From: Macrostomum lignano
Taxonomy: Eukaryota
Length of the DNA: 31,049 nt
NCBI GenBank assembly: GCA_002269645.1
Contig: NIVC01002478.1
Coordinates: 139,697 to 170,745 of the forward strand
Direction of reading: 5' to 3'
A model generated the notes under the pieces. It was not told the origin of the DNA. It ran no database searches and was given only the letters and a program-made list of their open reading frames with translations. Made by a program: the position numbers and the translations under genes. Positions 1-10,100 of the stretch are shown one piece after another (position 1 is the first letter of the stretch; the number at the start of each line of letters is the position of its first letter).

Positions 1-100
1 GCGGGGGGATGGGAATCGTATAGGAAGGGCCTGATCTGACCCGATTAGTTATGCTTATTGCTTCTGCTTGATCTGAGCCTTGCATTGTGGTGCGCTTTCG

Positions 101-963
101 CAAACTAGATCTTCTCAAACTAGACACTTCTAAAACTGGATACTTCTCAAACTAGACACTTCTCAAACTAGACACTTCTCAAACTGGATTTTCTTCAAAC
201 TAGATCTTCTCAAACTAGACACTTCTTAAACTGGACACTTCTCAAACTGGACACTTCTAAACTGGATACTTCTCAAACTAGACACTTCTCAAACTGGATA
301 CTTCTCAAACTGGACACTTCTCAAACTGGACACTTCAAACTGGATACTTCTCAAACTGGATACTTCTCAAACTGGACACTTCTCAAACTGGATACTTCTC
401 AAACTAGACACTTCTCAAACTGGATACTTCTCAAACTGGACACTTCTCAAACTGGACACTTCAAACTGGATACTTCTCAAACTGGATACTTCTCAAACTG
501 GACACTTCTCAAACTGGATACTTCTCAAACTAGACACTTCTCAAACTGGATACTTCTCAAACTGGATACTTCTCAAACTGGACACTTCTCAAACTGGACA
601 CTTCTCAAACTAGACACTTCTCAAACTAGACACTTCTCAAACCGGACACTTCAAACTGGATACTTCTCAAACTGGATACTTCTCAAACTGGATACTTCTC
701 AAACTGGACACTTCTCAAACTGGACACTTCTCAAACTGGACACTTCTCAAACTAGACACTTCTCAAACTGGACACTTCAAACTGGATACTTCTCAAACTG
801 GATACTTCTCAAACTGGATACTTCTCAAACTGGACACTTCTCAAACTAGACACTTCTCAAACTAGACACTTCTCAAACTAGACACTTCTCAAACTAGACA
901 CTTCTAAACTAGACACTTCTCAAACTAGACACTTCTCAAACTAGACACTTCTCAAACTAGATA
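101..963. repeat. 16-bp minisatellite (CTTCTCAAACTRGAYA)n, about 54 units
   Basis: Directly visible tandem array with occasional 14- and 15-bp deletion variants. Confidence 0.97.
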
Positions 964-1331
964 AAAAATAGACTTGAGACTTAGAAAACTTACTAGGTTA
1001 AGATGTGAGAATTTTAGATCGTGAAAGCCCCTCCCCCTGATTGTAGAGTGCACGGTAGGATAATAGTGTATTTAATAATTGTATTTGTTAATTGTTTTGT
1101 TATCAGTGATCCAACTAATTTGTTGTTGCATTTTAGTTACCGCTCACCTACTGATTGCTATGTGCCAAGTGTATCGCTTGCTGTGAACACTTTTTTATCG
1201 AATTCGAAGCATCAAGTTGTGTGCATTCCGAGTTGTTCTTTTTTAAAATGATATTCAATAAGAATTTTTAATCAATGTGAAGCTTCCGCATTTGTATAGA
1301 TTCAGAATAGGTGCTGTTCGGTGAGACAGCA

Positions 1332-1591
1332 GGGGTTGTAGCCTGGTGGTTGGAGCGTCGGACACACGACTGATCACGATCACTGATCGCGTACGGTCGG
1401 GGGTTCGATTCCAGATCCCACTCGGAACAATTTATGTCCTTGAGCAAGTCACTTAACTCTGCATTGCTTCAGTTCACCCAGCTGTAAAGTGGGTGCCAGC
1501 ATTAGCTGGGTAATGAGGGTGTGTGCGACCCCCCCCCCCCAAGTCCTTGGACTGAACAGCCGTACGCAGCCTTTAGATGCGGCCGCGCAAT
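1332..1591 (+). mobile_element. tRNA-derived SINE with CORE-like central domain (copy 1)
   Basis: A-box TAGCCTGGTGG (1339-1349) and B-box GGTTCGATTCC (1402-1412). Segment 1436-1493 (GTCCTTGAGCAAGTCACTTAAC...CTTCAGTTCACCCAGCTGTAAAGTGGG) aligns by eye to the MIR/CORE consensus as recalled. A second copy lies at 21947-22164. Confidence 0.85.
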
Positions 1592-1918
1592 CACTGGTGA
1601 CTCTAGGGACTCTGGGGCGGCTCTTGTGACTTTTTAACGACTCAAACGCGTCTAATGCGACGGAGAGTTGATTGTTGCGCCACAAAGCGCGTCACGTGAG
1701 TTGTAGAATTGTAAACGAGTCGCGAAAGAGTCGTCCAAACATGTGTTTGGCGCTTAACTTTCTACTAGATCAGTAGGCTAGCTAGAGCTTAATAGGCTTC
1801 TTACTGTTCTGTTAGTCAAATTTACCCAACGAAACCGGTTTGCAGCAGCTATCGGTCTGTCAAACATCAGCATCCGTCATCACAAGTTAATAGCCATATA
1901 TCTATATTAATACTACTG

Positions 1919-2873
1919 ATGGCGAGTGGCGGCGGTAGTGAAGCCATCAAGCTGATCGAACGCAGCCTCCGTCAGTTTGTCATCGATCGGCAAGGTTCAA
2001 CTAGTTCGAGTCGGCTCGACTTTGACGCCGATCCCAGTCTGTACCCCTATCTGGAGGCGGTGCTCACCGATGACATCGATGCCGAAGATGGCGACTGCGA
2101 CGACGACTCGGTGCTTGAGCTGGTGCGAGCCTACGCTGCCGCTTCTAGAGTCGGTCGCCGATGCCGACTTGCGTCGCTGGTTTGCCGACTGTCGGCAAAG
2201 CCTGGCCGACGCCGCCGTCGATGCTGCCGCACCTCTAAACGGCCAGCGCCAGCAGCAGTCTGATGTCGACACGGTGGCTGCCGCTTTTGCCGCCACAGCC
2301 GCCGCCGGCGGCGTTGTCAGAAGTCGCCAATCGGAGTCGTCGAATTCAACGTCGTCGTGCTCGTCGACGATGGCTTCAGCCGGCAGCGGTGCTGAGGCGG
2401 ACGCGGAGGCGGCGGAGTCGCTGGGCCGGCTTCGCGCCCTGTTCCCCGAGGCCTGCGCCGCCAGATTGCGGGTCCGCCTAGCCGAAGCTGGCGGCGATCT
2501 TCAACAGGCGGCCAGTCGCTGTCTGGAAGCCGATGTTGACGGTGGCGACGCCGAATCGTCTCTGGCCTGTCCCGGCCGCCTTGCGCCTGTTTTGGCGCCA
2601 AAATTCGAATCGACGGCGCCGGGCAAGTCTGGCGCCGGCGTGAAAAGCTACATACTGAGCCGATTCGAGAACTACCAGCTGCCAGACGAGGACAAAATCC
2701 ATCGGCCCGAGGCGCGATTCGATGAGCGGCCGAGAAAGACGCGCTACTTGGATAGCCGTGTGGTTGCGCAGAACGGCGCTCGATACGTTGAAATCAAAGA
2801 CGAACGCGAGGAAGAGATTCGCAAGGCCACCACGGTGTGCCTGAAGCCGGCTAGGAAGTACCGGTTTCACTGA
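1919..2873 (+). CDS. CUEDC2: CUE domain-containing protein 2, intronless, with one apparent +1 frameshift at about 2135
   Basis: C-terminus KSYILSRF...EDKIHRP...RYLDSRVV...LKPARKYRFH matches CUEDC2 as recalled (ends LKPARKYRFH). CUE-like segment LRALFPEAC...LAEAGGDLQQA is present. The N-terminus is in the 1919 frame and the remainder in the 1977 frame; removing G2135 (GCC TAC g CTG CCG) gives a 317-aa ORF. Confidence 0.88.
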
Positions 2874-3095
2874 TCTTCTAGCATTCTTTATCGTTTATGA
2901 GTTGGATCCACAGCTGTCATTAATTCTGTGTGCTTTTTGTGCTCAAGGCTCTTGTATGATTGCATTGCTAAATCATCTACATGTGCATATTCAAATACAG
3001 GTTCGTGTATTCATATTTGTCATTAGCTCAAAATTATTCTCATTTTAATGGAAGTGTACTTACTACGAGATAAATTGAATAATTAGTGCATGCAC

Positions 3096-3180
3096 TCAGC
3101 AACAGTAAAAACCGCCACCCTGGTTGAGGTGAGAGAGAAGTCGCCTTAGTCGGTAGGGCGACGGTTTTGACTGTTGCTGA
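3096..3180. other. 85-nt long hairpin (26-bp outer inverted repeat plus inner stem)
   Basis: TCAGCAACAGTAAAAACCGCCACCCT (3096-3121) matches the reverse complement of 3155-3180 at 23/26 positions. An inner 11-bp stem (with GU pairs) closes an 8-nt loop. Confidence 0.8.
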
Positions 3181-3410
3181 ATGAAAATCGATTGTCATTA
3201 CTTTCTTCAAACTTCGAAATACGAGCTAGTTATTAAGTATCGAGCGCAATCATTTTTATATTTTTATATTTTATATAACTCATAATAGCATTATTTGGCA
3301 TACTCCTGATCGATGAGTTTTCGGTTTGGCATTTTCCCACTTTTTTAATTTGCGTTTTGAGCTGTTTATTCATTCTATACAAATACATAAGCCATGGAGC
3401 GGTCCGAGGC

Positions 3411-3835
3411 TCAGATACTAAAATAAGTAGATAGGCCACTCCGGTATATTTACTTAGTAAAACAGCCTTCTACTTTCAGTTCAGTAGCAAATAAGAATAT
3501 ATAAGCTATTTTATTAGAATAAAGGCAGCTAAAATGACTTTGATAAGATTAGAAGCCATGTGCATGCGTAAACAGCAGCTTGCTAATTGGTTAAGCATTA
3601 ATGTACATTAGCCAGTCCACTGAAATGTACTCGTACATGGCAGCTCTAGGCTGGAATTCAGAGAAAGGGGTGGAAAGGCGCGGTTGGAGTGTTTAAGCTG
3701 GGGCCGGGTAGGAGCCAAAAAATGAGCCTTGGCTTTAAAAATACGTTAAAATGCTTCTGTGTAACTTACTACTGAACTGAAAGTAGCTTGCATGCAAATG
3801 TGCTAAGTGGCCTATCTAGTTAGTCTAGTATCTGT
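3411..3835. mobile_element. Degenerate non-autonomous DNA element (MITE/foldback, MULE-like by TSD length)
   Basis: Imperfect inverted repeats of about 110 bp, with blocks CAGATACTA..TAGATAGGCCACT and CTACTTTCAGTTCAGTAG mirrored at 3765-3834. Flanked by the direct repeat GGTCYGAGGC (3401-3410, 3836-3845). Confidence 0.6.
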
Positions 3836-4702
3836 GGTCTGAGGCAAGCTGAACTACTAATGTCCAATAATTGCCAGGCGATCATTAATTTATCTGTAAA
3901 TAAATAATTAATCTGTAAATAATACATCATTTTATTTGTAAGTCTTGGTTATTGTAAACTTCTGATAATCTTGTAGTTTCATTAATATACACCCAGCAGC
4001 AGAATTTTCCACATGGAAACCATGTTGGTCAAGTGGCAGCATTAATTCAACTCGTAATCATAGCTCTCCTCTCTCTCCTCACGAGCCTATGGGGCCCTTG
4101 TTACGCATATCGAATCGCCCGCAGTTAAGACGAGAACTGCGTGGCGTGATGTGAATTACGTCAACTTGGGGCTGAAATCTGTGAAAAGTTTACCGCTGCT
4201 GGTTTCGGGGTGGAAACTCTTGCATGTTGCTCATGAGTTCACTCTCATCCTCCGAATCGATGCTGGACTTAATGATGAACTCTGTTAATTTATCGTCCGT
4301 TAAATCTCTGATAGTATGGCAGACGCTTGCGAGGTTGTGAAGCTTGGGAACTCGCTGCCGCAGAGCAGATTCTTGCTGCTGAGAACTTTTCCTGGTGTTG
4401 TGTTGCCAGTTTCATAGTCCAATTTCTCCGAGGAAGAACAACTCCACTTCTTTCAAAGCTGGGCTCTACAACCTTCGAGAAACTTGTATAGGATAGGATC
4501 TGAACAGTGGCCACTTCAATTCTAAAACAATTCGTAAACGAAAACGCTATTCGTAATAGATGACAATTACTGCAATCATCAGTCCGCCCGATAGCCATGT
4601 ATAGTCATGGCACAATGGTAGATTTGCATTGCTTCGCCACTCGTGAAAATAAATCATTGTTTACCTCCAAAAACATACGAGCGTATGCACAATCTTCTAC
4701 TA

Positions 4703-5765
4703 CGAGGTGTATTCCATAAGTAAGTTTCGGTCAGCTGTTAACAGTGAGCAATTAGTTATAAAAAACGTTAACTTTGTCCAGCCATGTCAGGCGAGTAGCG
4801 CGGGTGGCGGAGAATTTCCCAGTTCCAGGAGTCGAGCAGCTCTTCAACCCGTCTGGCCCGATGCACCGGGGCGTTGTCGTGATGGAAGATGACGCCTCTC
4901 TCCAGAAGGCCCTGCCGCTTTTTCCTTATCGCTGGTCGCAGTTTCTCTTGAAGCACACATCGAAAGTACTCAGCATTCACTTTGGTACCCACAGGCACAG
5001 GCCAGTCCAGAATGATCCCGTCAAAAAATGATGTGCATCACCTTCAATGTAGACCCACGTCTACATGGGTCCCATTCGTAGACCCACGTCTCGTCTCCAG
5101 TCACTATTCTACCAAGAAATCCGTCGCCTTCACGACGAACCCGACGGAGGCAGTGCCGGGACACCACCAGCCGCTCCTCCATTTGCTCGTCAGTCAGCAG
5201 CAGGTGTGGCACCCATTTGGCGAAAAGCTTCTGTAGGCCTAAATGCTCGGTCAGAATGCGGTGCACAGTGTGCTGTGGGGAATGCCGAGGAGTTCCTCCA
5301 GCTCACTGCATGTCCTTCTGTTGTCTTCACTCACAGCAGCCATCACGCGATCAGCATTGGCATCCGTTGTCGCAGTTCTTGGTCGTCCAGAACGCTCTTT
5401 GTCCTCCATGCAGTCCCGTCCTTGGATTTCTCGCACCCACTTCCTGACCGTTTGAATGGATGGTGCAGCTTCTCCTAGGACTCTCATGAGTTCTTGGTGA
5501 ATCTCTTGTGTCGATTTTCCAGACAGCATAGAAAACTTGATGATGCTTCGAACGTCGTAGCGAGAGAACGAGCTCGACGCGGCCATGGTTGCAAAGGGAT
5601 GTGCATGAGTTGCAGCCATGAAGCTCGAGAACAAGCTAGGACTTAGCAACTTGTTTAGGGTTGGGCCATAGTCAAAAAAGAAAGCAACAACGTACATGGC
5701 ACTTAGCTGAGCCTCGTGAGTGCTGAGTTATGTATGAGGGAAACTTACTTTTGGGATACACCTCG
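4703..5765 (-). mobile_element. Internally deleted mariner transposon
   Basis: 26-bp TIRs CGAGGTGTATYCCAWAAGTAAGTTTC (4703-4728 and 5740-5765, 24/26 identical). TA at 4701-4702 and CA at 5766-5767. Contains a mariner transposase pseudogene. Confidence 0.95.
4768..5586 (-). pseudogene. Mariner transposase pseudogene
   Basis: HTH region (SIQTVRKW, RSGRPRT) plus motifs KWVPHLL, IVTGDETW, HHDNAPVH and HPRYSPDMA. Frameshifts at about 5270 and 5022. The segment between WDP and LKVM is missing, and the C-terminus with the third catalytic Asp is deleted after YSPDMA. Confidence 0.92.
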
Positions 5766-5770
5766 CACCA

Positions 5771-6420
5771 TTGTCTCATGAATGTGCCGCGTCAACTTGT
5801 TGCTCGAGCAAATCCGTCAGCGTCCAGCAGGTCTCGGCGTGTATTACTGGACGGTCTCGACCACCGCCTGGAACAACGCCGTCCTCTGGCTGTCACGTAG
5901 GGCCTCGGACTCCAGACGGCCCTCGCGGACGCCGGGAACCAGACCGCCGAGGTAGACGAACTGCTGACAACGCGGAAGCTCCGTCGTCTGTCCATCAGCG
6001 CCTCGGCACAAAATCGCAGCCTCGATATGTCATTCGGCACGCAGAGCATGACGGTTTTCTGCGTGTTGACCACCAGGCCGACACTCGCCACAACAGCAAC
6101 TAGCTTGTCCAGTTATCGCTCAGCGCCCTCGACTGTTGAAGACAGCAGTACAAGATCGTTGGCACGCTGAGCCGCCTCTCCGGTTGAAGACGACCCATGC
6201 GTCGCCGCAACAGAAAGCCGTCGTCGTTGGTAGGAAAAGCGATCCGCAGCACCCAGTCAAGCAACAAAACGAACAGGAACGGCGCAAGTATATCTCCCTA
6301 AAGCACCCCGGAGGATCTCTCAAAGAAGTCCGATAGGCCGTCCGGTGTTGAAACAGCAGTTTTCGTGGTACATCGCCCTGATGGCGAAAATTAGCTGCTC
6401 TGGCACGTTGTACGCACTTT
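5771..6420 (-). mobile_element. Decayed non-LTR retrotransposon reverse transcriptase fragment (RTE/RTEX-like)
   Basis: Manual minus-strand translation across indels gives YNVPEQLIFAIRAMY...TPDGLSDFFERSSGVL*GDILAPFLFVLLLDWVLR...NDLVLLSST...SVGLVVNTQKT...QQFVYLG...AETWTLTDLLEQQVDAAHS. These are RT domains 3-7 and the downstream region. Confidence 0.85.
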
Positions 6421-7009
6421 TAGCTTATGCCATATATCCTAGCATTAGCACCTTCATGCATTAGCACCTCCAAACTCACGGACTACAACTACAAATGTAT
6501 CGATCCCTACAAATACATGTACATGTCGATTATAATGTCGCCATTTTGTCTCGACGATTCGTGTTGTTGGTAATGAATTGCCGGAACGGTTTATCAGTTG
6601 TCATCCTGGCCGCTTCTGAGCTCCATTGAGCTTAATGCCCTAACCGCTCAACTTGTCACGCCTATTGGAGAAGGTCCTGGCATTAAAGTTATCGTGGGTT
6701 TGAATGGATAAACAAATACTGTTAAGTAGATTACACTTTAAGCGATAAAAAGAAAGGAAATAGTAATAAATAAATATAAATATAATGTTTCAAGCATTAT
6801 TAGTTTCTCTAATACAATTTTTGTATAGTTTTTATATATACTCAAAGTTCTTGAAAATGTAAATATAAACATCTGATTCTCTTTGTTCACCGATATACGT
6901 ATTTATTTACGCGTCAAAATTTAGGAAATATCAAGGTTCAGATTCAGACATTCCACTTAATTGCCGGCTGAATTCGATATAGTCTAATTCACTCTTTATT
7001 ATAGTTGGA

Positions 7010-7181
7010 ATGGCATCCAACAATTCTAGAGATGTGGATCTTGACTTCGAAGACAGTGACAGATTTGACGATGATTCTGTGTGCTCATACAACAGTGAGT
7101 CGAGTTTTGTGGCCTTCAATTGGCGAGGATGGAAGAAAATAAATAGCAAGTCACAATGGGATTCTGTTACCAAGTCTGAAG
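7010..7181 (+). CDS. ZSWIM8: ZSWIM8 exon 1
   Basis: MASNN...FEDSDRFDDDSVCSY..NWRGWKK; donor G|GTAAGA. Confidence 0.9.
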
Positions 7182-10100
7182 GTAAGAATTAGGCTCTGTT
7201 ATAGTTTTCATTTTGATTTGATTTTCTTTCAATGTGTTACATCTTTAATAAATATAAATTCTATAACTATAAGGCCCCTTGGCCTTGGCCCTATTTGTAC
7301 AAAATCTATAAAATAGCCAAGGCATTTATACTCCTTACACTTACACTTACACTTACACACTTACACTTACACTTACACTAAAATATTGTAAAGTGCCAAA
7401 TGAAAAAAGCAAATAATGCAATTGTCTAATGCTTTGTTTGCTAGTATATAATATACTAGGGCTAGGGCCTAGTATATTGACACTTGACTGCTTTTTTCAA
7501 TAAAAATAAGTTAATATTGTATTTCTATAAAACAGGTTCAAATATAAGTCTTACTAGTTACTAGTACTATTTTTTAAATGGAAAATGCAGATTTCAATGT
7601 TTTTGTATTTTTTGCAAAACAAGTTTTAGCATGCTGTGCAATCTATAGTCCGGATCATGCTGGGTGCATGCCCAAACAAAAATTGAATAATTACTAATGC
7701 ACACCAAAACAAATGTAGTGCATGCCCATTCTCAAAAATACGCCAGTATTGCGACAATAAATGACCTTTTTTATGTTGTGACAATAAAATACCTTTTTTT
7801 AAATTGTGTAATAGACCTTTATTACGAAATAATTTGGTTGCTTTTTATGCTTTTTAGTTTTGGTGATACTATTTATACTTATAGCAGGAAATTTATACAT
7901 GCAAAGATTTGTTCAAATGATATTTTACAAGCTTGAAAAAACTAGAAAGCTTGAAATTTGCGCTTAAATGAACTTTTTTCATCTTTTTTCTATTTCATAA
8001 CTCTTACGCGTGATTCTATAAAGTGCATGCCAGATGTGCATGCACATTATTTTCTTAGGAGTGAGGAGTAATGCACGCCAACTGTGTATACCTAATTTTG
8101 GTGTGCAAGGCCAATGCACGCCCAAATTTTTGGGTTTATACTACATGATCTAGAGTGTGGTATGCAATCAAACTCTTTTGATAGGATTTGTTTTGGCGCA
8201 GGTCCATATTGCGGATCGTGTTATATGTACGCCAGAAAGTATCTGGCTATATAGTAAAGTGTATGCCAATAAAGTATGCCAATTAAGGGTTCTAGTAAAT
8301 TGTACGCCAATAAAAATGCATGATTAACAAGCACAAAAACTATGAAAGAAGCATGCCGAGGCGCGCATCAAAAAATTACCGTAAAAAAGTAAAATTGAAA
8401 ACGTACATTGTTTAAAAAACAAAAATAATTAGTAAACCAAAGTTTTTACATTTACTACTAGTTAAGGTACATTTTTTAAAAAGAACTTTAATATATTGTT
8501 TAAATATTCAATTTATTGTCATAACTTAGCAAAGTAACTTTATTGACTATTTAGCGTAATTTACATAATGGTGTCATACATCAATGCTTTCTATGCTGCA
8601 CTGAAAGCTTGAACAAGTATAGTTAAGAATTGTAAGCAGATGATTGTGCTTGGAGGTTGTATTTCCTCCGGTTACGATAGATGTACGCCAGCCAAAGAAT
8701 TTGTACGCCAGATATAAGCCACTTAAAGCGTTTGTATGCCAGATGTACGCCAGCTAAAGCATTTGTACGCCGGAATTTTCTGGCGTATACTACACCTTCC
8801 GCAATATAGGCGCAGGTATATTATGATCTTGATTATGGCTTACCTAATAGGCTATTACTACTTTTCAACCTATTTAAATACTTTAGGGCCTACAGTAGCA
8901 TAGGCCTATAGCTACATAGTGGCTTATTTCTATATATAGCTGCAAATATATATTATTGTGAAGGAACATTTGAGCCATTTGTTTATACTATATTCTATTT
9001 ACTTATAATATAGTAGTGTTCCACCATAAGTAGGGTCCATGTACCATAGCCATAGCCATAAGCAAACTATGGCTTGTTCCAATTCTCCATATTCCGTAGT
9101 TGAAGGGACCCCAATATTACCACATTCCTGTAGTTCCCGTAGCCATAGCCATAGTTTTAACAAAAGTCTAGAAAACAAAATATTTTGAATTAAAAAGATA
9201 ACCTAGTGCTTAAACAACTGCAAATTAAGTTAGAAAATAAAATAAACACTTGATTGTCTTTGTAAGATTATATTTCGTCTTTTTTTCAAAGCAACAATAC
9301 TTAATTGTTACTGAAAGTACTAATGCTGAACTTTTTCACATTAATAAAAATTAGAGTTTGCTAGTTTTATTGTACTTTTTAGATATATTTTAAAAGTTTC
9401 TAAGTTAATAATACAGTTTACTAAAAGTATATTTGTTTTACTTTACCTGTTTCTAATATTTTTTCAATTTTTAAACATTAATAACTACAGCTATGGGAAT
9501 CTGTGGAATGTGACAACAACTACCATATTTCCGTAGTTGTAGCCATAAGAGCAGCTAGCTACCATTGGTGTATCCGTAGCTGCCATAGGCATCTATTTTA
9601 CTGTATTTTCTGTAGGATCCCGTAGCTGTAGCCGTAGCTATAACCGGAACACTATAATATAAGCCACATTTTATATATAACTTATAAAGTACTATTATAC
9701 AAATTCATAATTGCAGCTGTATCTCTAATTCTCAATTGAATTTTTCTCAATCTCAATTTTTTAATAAAAATTCTTGCTCAATCTTGCTTAAAAACAAAAA
9801 TCTAATCTCAGTTAGACTTTGCCTAGAATAGTTAGCCTGGACTAAAAACATCCATAATTTGAAAGGTCAAAGTTTGAGTTTTAATCTATTTAAAACACTT
9901 TTTTACTTGAACACGACATTTAATTTTACATTGCTTTAATCTACCTAGCTATAAATAGGAAGACAATATTTATAATTTGTAGATTTTTGTATTGGTTTAT
10001 ATAGGCAATTATTTGCTATATTATATATGCTAGGGATTAGTAAATGAGGATTTTAATATATGCCATGATTATGCACCAAGTGCACTAGGGACCTCTACCC

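Noticed and set aside
1332-1420. Functional tRNA gene
   Set aside because: There is no acceptor stem closure, the anticodon arm has an insertion, and the sequence continues into a SINE body shared with a second copy.
4290-4598. 102-aa minus-strand ORF (possible THAP domain or LINE tail)
   Set aside because: No recognisable conserved motif pattern, and I could not link it to the RT fragment across the mariner.
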